This document shows, piece after piece, positions 26,584-33,811 of a stretch of DNA of 40,597 nucleotides. Source of the stretch: a virus. Its lineage: Duplodnaviria > Caudoviricetes. The DNA is taken from positions 1 to 40,597 of the IMG/VR virus record IMGVR_UViG_3300043432_000041; one strand, given 5' to 3'. Positions within the stretch are counted from its first letter, which is position 1. Each line of letters starts with the position of its first letter. Both the position numbers and the translations under genes were made by a program. The notes beneath the pieces were generated by a model that had not been told where the DNA came from, searched no databases, and worked only from the letters and a program-made list of their open reading frames with translations.

Positions 26584-27156
26584 ATGGAAACCGCAACCGG
26601 AGCCGAATATATCTCGCAAGCCCATGTCAGGCACATCATGCGTTATGTCGATGCACGTGAAATGCTTGGAACTAAACACATGGTCATTGCCGATGCGGCA
26701 TGTGGAACAGGATATGGTTCTCATATTCTCGCCACTTATCATTCAGTATTTGGATTTGATAATTGCGATGAAGCTATTATTGAAGCTCGCAAACATCATA
26801 ATAAAGAATGCTTTTTTGAATACAGAAATATTTTACAGGCATCATTGCCGGGTCATTATGATGCAATAGTTAGCATTGAAACTGTTGAACACTTTGATAA
26901 ACCTATGGGAGAAAGACTAATACGAAATTTCTGGAATTCGCTAAGGATTAGCGGAACTCTTATTATATCTACTCCATACTGTGAAACGTCCGGACCTTCG
27001 CCTGTCACTAAACAGCATTTATGGGAATATTCCCTGACTGATTTCGAGCAAATGCTTACCTATGCCGGTTTTTCCGTAGAGAACATTAAGATACAACGTA
27101 ATGAAGGCAAGGCAGGAAGGCTTGGCTATTGCATGGCCAAGGCAGTGAAGCGATGA
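26584..27156 (+). CDS. Class I SAM-dependent methyltransferase
   Basis: DAACGTGYG, YDAIVSIETVEH, GTLIISTP. Confidence 0.88.
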   Translation: METATGAEYISQAHVRHIMRYVDAREMLGTKHMVIADAACGTGYGSHILATYHSVFGFDNCDEAIIEARKHHNKECFFEYRNILQASLPGHYDAIVSIETVEHFDKPMGERLIRNFWNSLRISGTLIISTPYCETSGPSPVTKQHLWEYSLTDFEQMLTYAGFSVENIKIQRNEGKAGRLGYCMAKAVKR

Positions 27157-27794
27157 TCCCTGTTTTCATTCTCGCCAGGGCTACTTCAACGCGGTTACCG
27201 CGCAAGCATTTCCTAGACTTCGGAGGCAGGACGGTCATCGAGCATATGGTGCTGCGCTGTCAGCATTTCGGCTTCAAACCGCATTTATGCGTTCCATTCG
27301 GGGAAGCAGAGGAATTCAACAAGCATCTTAATTATGTGGTGGATATATTCGGCGGTGATCGTGACAATGTAGAGAACAGGCTTTTGCAAGCTGCGAAATA
27401 TTTTAAGATAGATCAGTTTCACGCCCTGGATGGCGATGATTTGTTTTTCGATGAAGATGAGATTTATTATAGCGGCCCATATTACAAATCATTAGCTCCA
27501 CGTATTTCAGAATCTGGCAATGGAATATGTGGGACATCATATTCCTTAGATATCGGAAATAAAGATGAACGTCGTTTTCAGCCAAATAGACAATATCCCT
27601 GGCCGCAACGCCTGACACTGGACTATCCTGAAGATTATCATCTGCTATTGGCAGTCACCAGAATGGTCGGAGGCTTCATGGCTCCGCGTTCTGCTGTCGA
27701 TGAATTGTTCGTGCGAAATCCTGATCTGCATAAGATTAATTGGTTTAGAACTGAAGAATGGAAGATGCGGCAATTGAAAGAACGCCGTTTATGA
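27153..27794 (+). CDS. Cytidylyltransferase (SpsF/NeuA/KdsB-like CMP-ulosonate synthetase)
   Basis: ILARATSTRLPRK, DGDD, RLTLDYPEDY; ATGA overlap with the methyltransferase. Confidence 0.8.
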   Translation: MIPVFILARATSTRLPRKHFLDFGGRTVIEHMVLRCQHFGFKPHLCVPFGEAEEFNKHLNYVVDIFGGDRDNVENRLLQAAKYFKIDQFHALDGDDLFFDEDEIYYSGPYYKSLAPRISESGNGICGTSYSLDIGNKDERRFQPNRQYPWPQRLTLDYPEDYHLLLAVTRMVGGFMAPRSAVDELFVRNPDLHKINWFRTEEWKMRQLKERRL

Positions 27795-27807
27795 CAGATA
27801 AACCGAA

Positions 27808-28017
27808 ATGAGAACAACGGCACAGGTTTCACCAGAGGCAATGAGACACCTAGATTTATGGGTTCCAAAACACTTGCGCATATCTGCGTGGAACGCAGCA
27901 TTTTCTACCTACGTCAATCGATCAACCACGACAGATGGAACGGAAAGAAAATGGGCGGAAGAACGAGCAAATAGGTTTTGGCCTATTTACATTCCGGTTC
28001 CTGCTAACGCCCGATAA
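27808..28017 (+). CDS. Cassette-like hypothetical protein
   Basis: 69 aa between two sites. Confidence 0.45.
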   Translation: MRTTAQVSPEAMRHLDLWVPKHLRISAWNAAFSTYVNRSTTTDGTERKWAEERANRFWPIYIPVPANAR

Positions 28018-28028
28018 AGGGGATACGC

Positions 28029-28253
28029 ATGACAACAGCAACCTACGCTTACAAATCAGATGCCAGCGGCAAGCTTTTTGAAACGCAAGAGTTAGCAGAA
28101 AAAGATGAGATAGAACACGCGGCCGGTGTTCTCGGTGGTGTTGAACCAAATCATTTAATAAATGTCGCTACCGGAATGTCTACCTGTAAAGCAACAAGAG
28201 ATGCCATAGCCCGCCTTAACACCGCGATCCAGAAAATACCCGCTTCCGGCTAA
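28029..28253 (+). CDS. Cassette-like hypothetical protein
   Basis: 74 aa; AAGGGG RBS lies in the site arm. Confidence 0.6.
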   Translation: MTTATYAYKSDASGKLFETQELAEKDEIEHAAGVLGGVEPNHLINVATGMSTCKATRDAIARLNTAIQKIPASG

Positions 28254-28268
28254 GGACTAGTAAGGGCG

Positions 28269-28469
28269 ATGAACAAAATTCTAATTAGAACTCTGCGCCG
28301 CGTTTATAGAGAATACGGCCCGCGACAGGCGGGACCCAAATCTATCGCGGTCGTTCCCATTGAAGAATTTGCGAAGATGACAAAAAAAGAGGTTGATCGT
28401 TGGGACTTTAGGACTCGACATCTAATGCACGAAGTTGCGCGTGTAGTGTATCGCGCTTACCACATTTAA
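28269..28469 (+). CDS. Cassette-like hypothetical protein
   Basis: 66 aa between two sites. Confidence 0.5.
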   Translation: MNKILIRTLRRVYREYGPRQAGPKSIAVVPIEEFAKMTKKEVDRWDFRTRHLMHEVARVVYRAYHI

Positions 28470-28480
28470 ATGGAATACAA

Positions 28481-29572
28481 ATGAGCAATCCCGTAGTTGA
28501 ATTTGAGAAAGCATTCGCCGTCAAGATCGGCAGTCCTTATGCCATTGCCGTTAATTCCGGAACATCCGCCTTACATGCCGCATTGGTAGCCTGTCAGGTC
28601 AAGGGCGGCGAAGTCATCATGCCAGCTTTATGTCCAGCCATGGACGCCTTTGCAATCATTCATGCGGGAGCTACGCCGGTCTTTGCCGATGTGGATCCGA
28701 AGACCGGATTGATAACGGCAGAAACCATTAAGGCCGTCTATAACGAAACCAAGACTAGAGCCATAATAACCGTTCATTTGCATGGTTTGCCATGTGATAT
28801 GGACCCTATCATGCAATTTGCAGACAGGAAGAATGCGGCGCTATGGGTTATTGAAGATTGCGCTCAATCCCTGCTTGCCAAATACAAGGGAAAGAACGCT
28901 GGAACCATAGGCCATTTCGGTTGCTTTTCCTTCGAGAAGAAAAAGCACATGACCACCGGCAGCGAAGGTGGAATGATCATTTCTAATGATGCCACCTTGG
29001 CTATGAGAGCCAGGAAATTCGCTGGTATCGGTTACAAGCACATGACTGCGGAAGCCGGTCGAACATCGTTGAGTGCAGCAACGTATCAGCGGCCGGATTA
29101 CGAGCGTTTCGATACCATCGGATTGAACTACCGGATGTGCGAGGCGCAGGCTGAAATAGGCTTATGGAAGCTCGCATTCATCAATGATGTCATAGAACGT
29201 AGACAGACCATCGGCCTCATGTGGCAACATGCGTTAGGCGTCCAATGTCAGCCACATGATTACGATGCCACAAATGTATTCTATTCGGCAGCATATGATT
29301 ACAAAGGTGACGATTGGGTTGGTTTTTATGAGCAATTTTGCAAACAGAACGGGGATGGTTTCTATGCCATGCCGAAAGTTCCCTATCAGGAATCGGCATT
29401 AATCAACTATCGTAAATGGTGGAACCTGCAAGGCAAGGAATATGGCCATGAATGCCCTATTGCCGAAGGACTGCAAAAACGACTAATGCTCTTTAAGACC
29501 CATTACAAAACAATCGCCCATGCCACTCGTCAGGTTTCCATTTTGCATGATCTTATCCATGTCGGTGCTTGA
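28481..29572 (+). CDS. DegT/DnrJ/EryC1/StrS PLP-dependent sugar aminotransferase
   Basis: NSGTSALH, GATPVFADVDP, VHLHG, IEDCAQS, FSFEKKKHMTTGSEGG, GLNYRM. Confidence 0.93.
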   Translation: MSNPVVEFEKAFAVKIGSPYAIAVNSGTSALHAALVACQVKGGEVIMPALCPAMDAFAIIHAGATPVFADVDPKTGLITAETIKAVYNETKTRAIITVHLHGLPCDMDPIMQFADRKNAALWVIEDCAQSLLAKYKGKNAGTIGHFGCFSFEKKKHMTTGSEGGMIISNDATLAMRARKFAGIGYKHMTAEAGRTSLSAATYQRPDYERFDTIGLNYRMCEAQAEIGLWKLAFINDVIERRQTIGLMWQHALGVQCQPHDYDATNVFYSAAYDYKGDDWVGFYEQFCKQNGDGFYAMPKVPYQESALINYRKWWNLQGKEYGHECPIAEGLQKRLMLFKTHYKTIAHATRQVSILHDLIHVGA

Positions 29573-30236
29573 TAAATTCTCCCTCAAGGGCAAAACCGCC
29601 ATCGTAACAGGTGGCGAAGGACTTATGGGAACGATGATATGTGAAACGATTAAGGAACTTGGTGGAAAGGTATATTCATTCGATAAAAAGACGGGGATAG
29701 ATCTTACATCTTACCAAGATATTCTGGTTATGAGAAAGACAACAATCAGAGATACTATAAATATTATTGTGAACAATGCCGTAGGCAATCAAAAACCTGT
29801 AGATGCATTGGCGCGGTATTGGAATGAAGATATTGAAATTGGACTAACATCAGCATTGAAGATAATACAGACATTCTCAGAAGATTTATTAAACAATAAT
29901 GGAGTAGTTCTCAACATTGGTTCTGACCTGTCTCTGATTGCTCCGGATCAATCTCTATATCCTGAAGGAATGGTAAAACCGTTGAGCTATTCCGTAGTCA
30001 AGCATGGCATCATAGGACTGACGCGATACTATGCCTCATTGTGGGGCAGCAAGGCCCGCTGTAATTGTCTTTGTCCTGGTGGGATAGATGTAGGACAGAA
30101 ATTTCCCAAGATCCCCATGGGACGATTGGCAAGATTGGATGAAATGCAGGGACCGATAGCATTCCTGTTGTCGGATGCTTCTAGTTATATGACAGGTGCC
30201 GTGCTGACGGTGGATGGCGGAAGAACGATTATTTAG
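29559..30236 (+). CDS. Short-chain dehydrogenase/reductase (PtmA-like)
   Basis: TGGEGLMG, NNA, YSVVK (YxxxK), CPGG, YMTGAVLTVDGG; probable start ATG 29559. Confidence 0.88.
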   Translation: MSVLDKFSLKGKTAIVTGGEGLMGTMICETIKELGGKVYSFDKKTGIDLTSYQDILVMRKTTIRDTINIIVNNAVGNQKPVDALARYWNEDIEIGLTSALKIIQTFSEDLLNNNGVVLNIGSDLSLIAPDQSLYPEGMVKPLSYSVVKHGIIGLTRYYASLWGSKARCNCLCPGGIDVGQKFPKIPMGRLARLDEMQGPIAFLLSDASSYMTGAVLTVDGGRTII

Positions 30237-30262
30237 TATTCTATTTATGGGCCGTTAATCGA

Positions 30263-30430
30263 ATGAAAAAATCTCCAAAAGACCAGAAATACTTTTGGGC
30301 GCTCACTCGGAATGGCGCGATCTATTCAATGTGGATGACAAAGCGCGTAGCAACCGAGGTTAGGCAGTTTTACCAGCCGGGTAGCAAATTCAAATGGGGC
30401 GTGATTAAAGTCCGCGTCTCTCGCGCATAG
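30263..30430 (+). CDS. Cassette-like hypothetical protein (55 aa)
   Basis: Hand translation MKKSPKDQKYFWALTRNG...VRVSRA; ATG and TAG both lie in sites. Confidence 0.5.
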   Translation: MKKSPKDQKYFWALTRNGAIYSMWMTKRVATEVRQFYQPGSKFKWGVIKVRVSRA

Positions 30431-30450
30431 GAGAGGTAAAGGAGATACGC

Positions 30451-30654
30451 ATGGCAACAGTTTATGCCCTAGATGTTGTAACGGTTACTTTGGAAATCCC
30501 CATTCCGCTTACGGTGGCTTCCGACGATGTTCGTGAGTGGTTGAGATTCAATCTTGGTCATACGGGGGGTATTGATTGCGGGAATCCTCTGTTGGAATTT
30601 GAACCAAAGCCATCATCTTTCGACATTTCGTATCCAACGCGAAATGCAATCTAA
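30451..30654 (+). CDS. Cassette-like hypothetical protein
   Basis: 67 aa; AAGGAG RBS lies in the site arm. Confidence 0.6.
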   Translation: MATVYALDVVTVTLEIPIPLTVASDDVREWLRFNLGHTGGIDCGNPLLEFEPKPSSFDISYPTRNAI

Positions 30655-30684
30655 TTCGGTTTATGCGCCATCAAGGGGATACGC

Positions 30685-30918
30685 ATGATAAATGAACCCA
30701 TGCTTACAACTGATTTGGAAGATGATCCGGATACAAGTCCGAGGGGATACGCCAAAGTTCTGAGAACATTGGCAGGCCAACTCGGCCTAATGAATGATTA
30801 TTATTTACCGCTGATGGATGCGGCTAAGATTTTGGAAGTCACCGAACGAAAGAACTTGGTTGTTGGGGAACTTCCGCAGGATGTGGTTGATGAGATCAGG
30901 GATAGCGAACCGCGTTAA
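30685..30918 (+). CDS. Cassette-like hypothetical protein
   Basis: 77 aa; AAGGGG RBS in one site, TAA in the next. Confidence 0.6.
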   Translation: MINEPMLTTDLEDDPDTSPRGYAKVLRTLAGQLGLMNDYYLPLMDAAKILEVTERKNLVVGELPQDVVDEIRDSEPR

Positions 30919-31057
30919 CATCACATAAACCGAATGGACGACACCATGAGCGTGAACGGTCGAGTGAATGGTGGTAACAAGCGGCAAGCGGCGGAATGTG
31001 GGGATGCAAAACCGTTCTGAGACCCACCGCCCATTCGATTGATAAGCGATAAACCGA

Positions 31058-31258
31058 ATGAACATTGGTGCATTGCGATCAAGGAGAATGCCATCTAATA
31101 CAGATATGCCGGATGCTCTTTGTTTAGAAGCAGCAGACGAGATCGAGCGGCTGCAAGCAGAAAATAAAAGAATGCTGGAGGCGATAGAGTACGCCCATCT
31201 ATGCGGATTTGAATGGCCGTCCGATCCGTTTGCGCTTGATAGGCGAAAAACAGAATGA
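31058..31258 (+). CDS. Cassette-like hypothetical protein (EAADEIERL motif)
   Basis: 66 aa; motif common in small phage accessory proteins. Confidence 0.6.
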   Translation: MNIGALRSRRMPSNTDMPDALCLEAADEIERLQAENKRMLEAIEYAHLCGFEWPSDPFALDRRKTE

Positions 31259-31371
31259 AGAAAATTCGTTTTTATATTGGCAAGTTCTTGATGTCGGTTG
31301 GTCTTTTTATCATGCCGATGGAGGCACGTGCTGAGATAAAATACAATGTGCGTTTCCTTGATAGGAGATAA
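31255..31371 (+). CDS. Cassette-like peptide (38 aa)
   Basis: Hand translation MKKIRFYIGKFLMSVGLFIMPMEARAEIKYNVRFLDRR; start and stop lie in sites. Confidence 0.4.
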   Translation: MKKIRFYIGKFLMSVGLFIMPMEARAEIKYNVRFLDRR

Positions 31372-31468
31372 ATGGGGTACTGGCTAGGAGTACAAACCGA
31401 AGCCGTCTGCGCGCGGATGTCCATGAGCACATGGCGGTATAGCGCGCTTTATAATAGATAAATCGAAT

Positions 31469-31858
31469 CTAGTTAAGAGCCATGCGGCTTGGCCATCGAT
31501 AGGCAATTACTCCTCGAAGCGATCTTTCCCTCTCCCTGACGGCATGGCCGTCGTTTCCTGATTTGATGATCCATCCGGTTTGCGTTCTGCCGGTGATAAT
31601 CCCGACATGGTGATACCAAACAACCACAACTCCCACGGCAGCAGAACTAGCGCGACTGCCAAATCTTGTCCAATTGCGAGCCAGATTATAGGAACGGTCT
31701 GCAACTCCTAATTCATGTCTCAGCCACCATCCGCACCATGCATGAGGGCGCGGGTCACTAGGTGAACTGACTGTTGAATATCTGTGATGTCTTGCATGAG
31801 CAGGACTAACGGAAACCAGAACTAAAGCGGCTATGGCCGCAAAGACGCGAGTGGTCAT
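31469..31858 (-). CDS. Secreted CHAP/NlpC-like (Cys-His) protein
   Basis: Signal peptide ending AHA; AWCG...HHVG...SGN. Confidence 0.6.
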   Translation of the reverse strand: MTTRVFAAIAALVLVSVSPAHARHHRYSTVSSPSDPRPHAWCGWWLRHELGVADRSYNLARNWTRFGSRASSAAVGVVVVWYHHVGIITGRTQTGWIIKSGNDGHAVRERERSLRGVIAYRWPSRMALN

Positions 31859-31891
31859 TATAAATCCCCGTGCTTTGGTTGGTCATGGTCG

Positions 31892-32197
31892 TTATTGTCT
31901 CGGAAATGTCTTGCTGTTTCCAACAAGGTTTAGAATTTCCTGCATCGTTTTTGTTTGTATATCCAATCTGGTGATAACGTTTTTCTGGTTCGCTTCTATG
32001 ACGGCGACTTTAGCATAAATGTCTTCCAGTCGCGTCAATCTTTGATCTTGTAAGGGTTGACTTAGTTCTAATCTTTCAACCCTAGCATCCAATCGAACCG
32101 CCCATACGATCAATCCTAATGTCTGGAATAGCAGAAAGACAATAATGCTGACCGGCACTGATTTGCTAAGGTGCCATTGTTCTACAGATTGATCCAT
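31892..32197 (-). CDS. Membrane-anchored coiled-coil protein (lysis module)
   Basis: One TM segment followed by a coiled coil. Confidence 0.6.
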   Translation of the reverse strand: MDQSVEQWHLSKSVPVSIIVFLLFQTLGLIVWAVRLDARVERLELSQPLQDQRLTRLEDIYAKVAVIEANQKNVITRLDIQTKTMQEILNLVGNSKTFPRQ

Positions 32198-32203
32198 GAC
32201 ATT

Positions 32204-32491
32204 TTACTTTGATAATTCAATTTTGCGATCTTCCGCCCGTTTGATCTGATCCCGCGTATGAGACAGTTCTTCCTTCCATGCCTCATGCGCCGCAGTCCCT
32301 TCGGGCGGTGACACCGCCAATAGGCTTCTTAATTTTGTCTGATAAACTTCCGTAGCAACGTCGGCTTGTGAACGATCAAGTCGCTTAATATCCGCACTTG
32401 TGGCTGGCATTGGACCGCCAATAGTGGCCCACAGAGCGCCAATGGCCGTAATGGCTCCCGCTATACCTCCTATGCGTAAAATCCATTTCAT
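32204..32491 (-). CDS. Membrane-anchored protein (lysis module)
   Basis: N-terminal hydrophobic segment. Confidence 0.55.
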   Translation of the reverse strand: MKWILRIGGIAGAITAIGALWATIGGPMPATSADIKRLDRSQADVATEVYQTKLRSLLAVSPPEGTAAHEAWKEELSHTRDQIKRAEDRKIELSK

Positions 32492-32500
32492 CTATCGCGA

Positions 32501-32923
32501 TCACCTTTTAAATAGGTTAAGTAAATTCTTCAAATCCGCGACAAAATAAAATGATAACACAAGCAAAACGATTCCCCATAGATTATCGTCCAACTTATCT
32601 GTTGTGAAAATGCTGCATTTTCCCTGAAAGCAGGCATATCCAAGCAAAGAACCGATCACCTTGTCGAATACAAATACTTTGAACAGATAAAGAATGGGAC
32701 CAATAGCCGCTAATGCCCGCATGATTGCGTTGATGCGAGATCCAGCCTCAGCTACAATCACGGCGCGTTTATCGTGAAGCTCCTGTTCCCTAAGATTTAA
32801 CTGGTCTTTTTCCTGTTGGGTTTGGGCATTGACTTTAGCAATTTGAACATTGGAAATATCAGCGGATATGCTTTTGAATACGCCGCCAAGGCCAGTAAGC
32901 GCGGTTATTATTGTAAATAGCAT
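32501..32923 (-). CDS. Putative holin-like membrane protein
   Basis: About three hydrophobic segments; downstream of the endolysin. Confidence 0.5.
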   Translation of the reverse strand: MLFTIITALTGLGGVFKSISADISNVQIAKVNAQTQQEKDQLNLREQELHDKRAVIVAEAGSRINAIMRALAAIGPILYLFKVFVFDKVIGSLLGYACFQGKCSIFTTDKLDDNLWGIVLLVLSFYFVADLKNLLNLFKR

Positions 32924-32926
32924 TGG

Positions 32927-33145
32927 CTATTCTCTCAAGGCAGGATCATTCCAGTGACGAATGACCTCGGTCAGAACACCCATGCCAATCAGATAAAAGG
33001 GAAGATATTTGGAAGGAATGACAGGCGACATATCGGTTGCACTGGCTGTTGCTATCAATGCACCGACTGCAACCTGGATTCTGGCGAGAATGATGGTTCC
33101 GGACTTTTGCCATGAACCAAGCCAACCCTTGAATTTCTCCCACAT
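32927..33145 (-). CDS. Small 2-TM protein (holin candidate)
   Basis: Translationally coupled to the endolysin (TAATG). Confidence 0.5.
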   Translation of the reverse strand: MWEKFKGWLGSWQKSGTIILARIQVAVGALIATASATDMSPVIPSKYLPFYLIGMGVLTEVIRHWNDPALRE

Positions 33146-33810
33146 TATTGCCTCCTTCTGAAAATCGGCAGCATGAAATCAATAATAACTCGCCACCATG
33201 GAACGGATGGGACAGGCACAGGAACCGGTGTAGGGGTCGGCACCGGACGGACGCCTTGCAGTTCTTTCATCCGCTTAAGCAAGGCGGCACAACCAATCTG
33301 ATGATCCACTGCTTCTGGATCATATACGCCGTCCGCTACATATTTTCCCTTCGTATATTGATTAGTGGATGCCCATATATACGGTGAAGGAGCATGACGG
33401 TTGGCATAACCCAATCCGTTATAGGTTTCCAGAAGGGTTAACGTTCCACCAGGGGACCAATCTTTCCATCTGGATGCATAGGGAGCACAGTTTTCCAACG
33501 CATCTACCGCCGCATCCTCCCATGACTTGAATGGTCCCCGTCCTCGAGGAACGTGAGTGGAAACCTGATTCCAAGGATCGCCTTGTGCCAGACTACATTT
33601 CCAGTTCTGGCTGGATTCTCGCTCGTGAATAACGGCTATGACATTTGCCGGGACGCCGGTTGTTTTCTCGACATCCTCATAGCGGGCTTGGGCTATCGGC
33701 GTTACCAATCTGTGTGCTACGGCATCAACTTGCGGTAGCAAGGACGGGATAATAACCATTCCATTCCATCGCTGCTCATTCTGTTTGATGAGAGCGGGAA
33801 TGTCAGTCAT
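33145..33810 (-). CDS. Endolysin, lysozyme-family (COG5526-like)
   Basis: IHERES, LAQGDP, VPRGRGPF, ETYNGLGY, SPYIW, GKYVADG, QIGCAALL. Confidence 0.85.
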   Translation of the reverse strand: MTDIPALIKQNEQRWNGMVIIPSLLPQVDAVAHRLVTPIAQARYEDVEKTTGVPANVIAVIHERESSQNWKCSLAQGDPWNQVSTHVPRGRGPFKSWEDAAVDALENCAPYASRWKDWSPGGTLTLLETYNGLGYANRHAPSPYIWASTNQYTKGKYVADGVYDPEAVDHQIGCAALLKRMKELQGVRPVPTPTPVPVPVPSVPWWRVIIDFMLPIFRRRQ

Positions 33811-33811
33811 T

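Larger units (their letters stand above)
27782..28476. repeat. Array 2 of 27-bp sites (27782, 27998, 28244, 28450) bounding three small ORFs
   Basis: ACGCCGTTTAT-GACAG-ATAAACCGAAA; TTCCTGCTAAC-GCCCG-ATAAAGGGGAT; TTCCGGCTAAG-GACTA-GTAAGGGCGAT; ATCGCGCTTAC-CACAT-TTAAATGGAAT. Confidence 0.65.
30238..31468. repeat. Array 3 of eight 27-bp sites (30238, 30420, 30654, 30909, 31033, 31230, 31352, 31442) separating seven short units
   Basis: For example ATTCTATTTAT-GGGCC-GTTAATCGAAT, ATTCGGTTTAT-GCGCC-ATCAAGGGGAT, ATTCGATTGAT-AAGCG-ATAAACCGAAT, GCGCGCTTTAT-AATAG-ATAAATCGAAT. Confidence 0.85.

Noticed and set aside
30238-31468. CRISPR array or classical integron attC array
   Set aside because: The repeats are degenerate with variable centres, and the units are 90-255 bp and coding. 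There is no cas or intI gene and no long attC hairpin with RYYYAAC/GTTRRRY ends.
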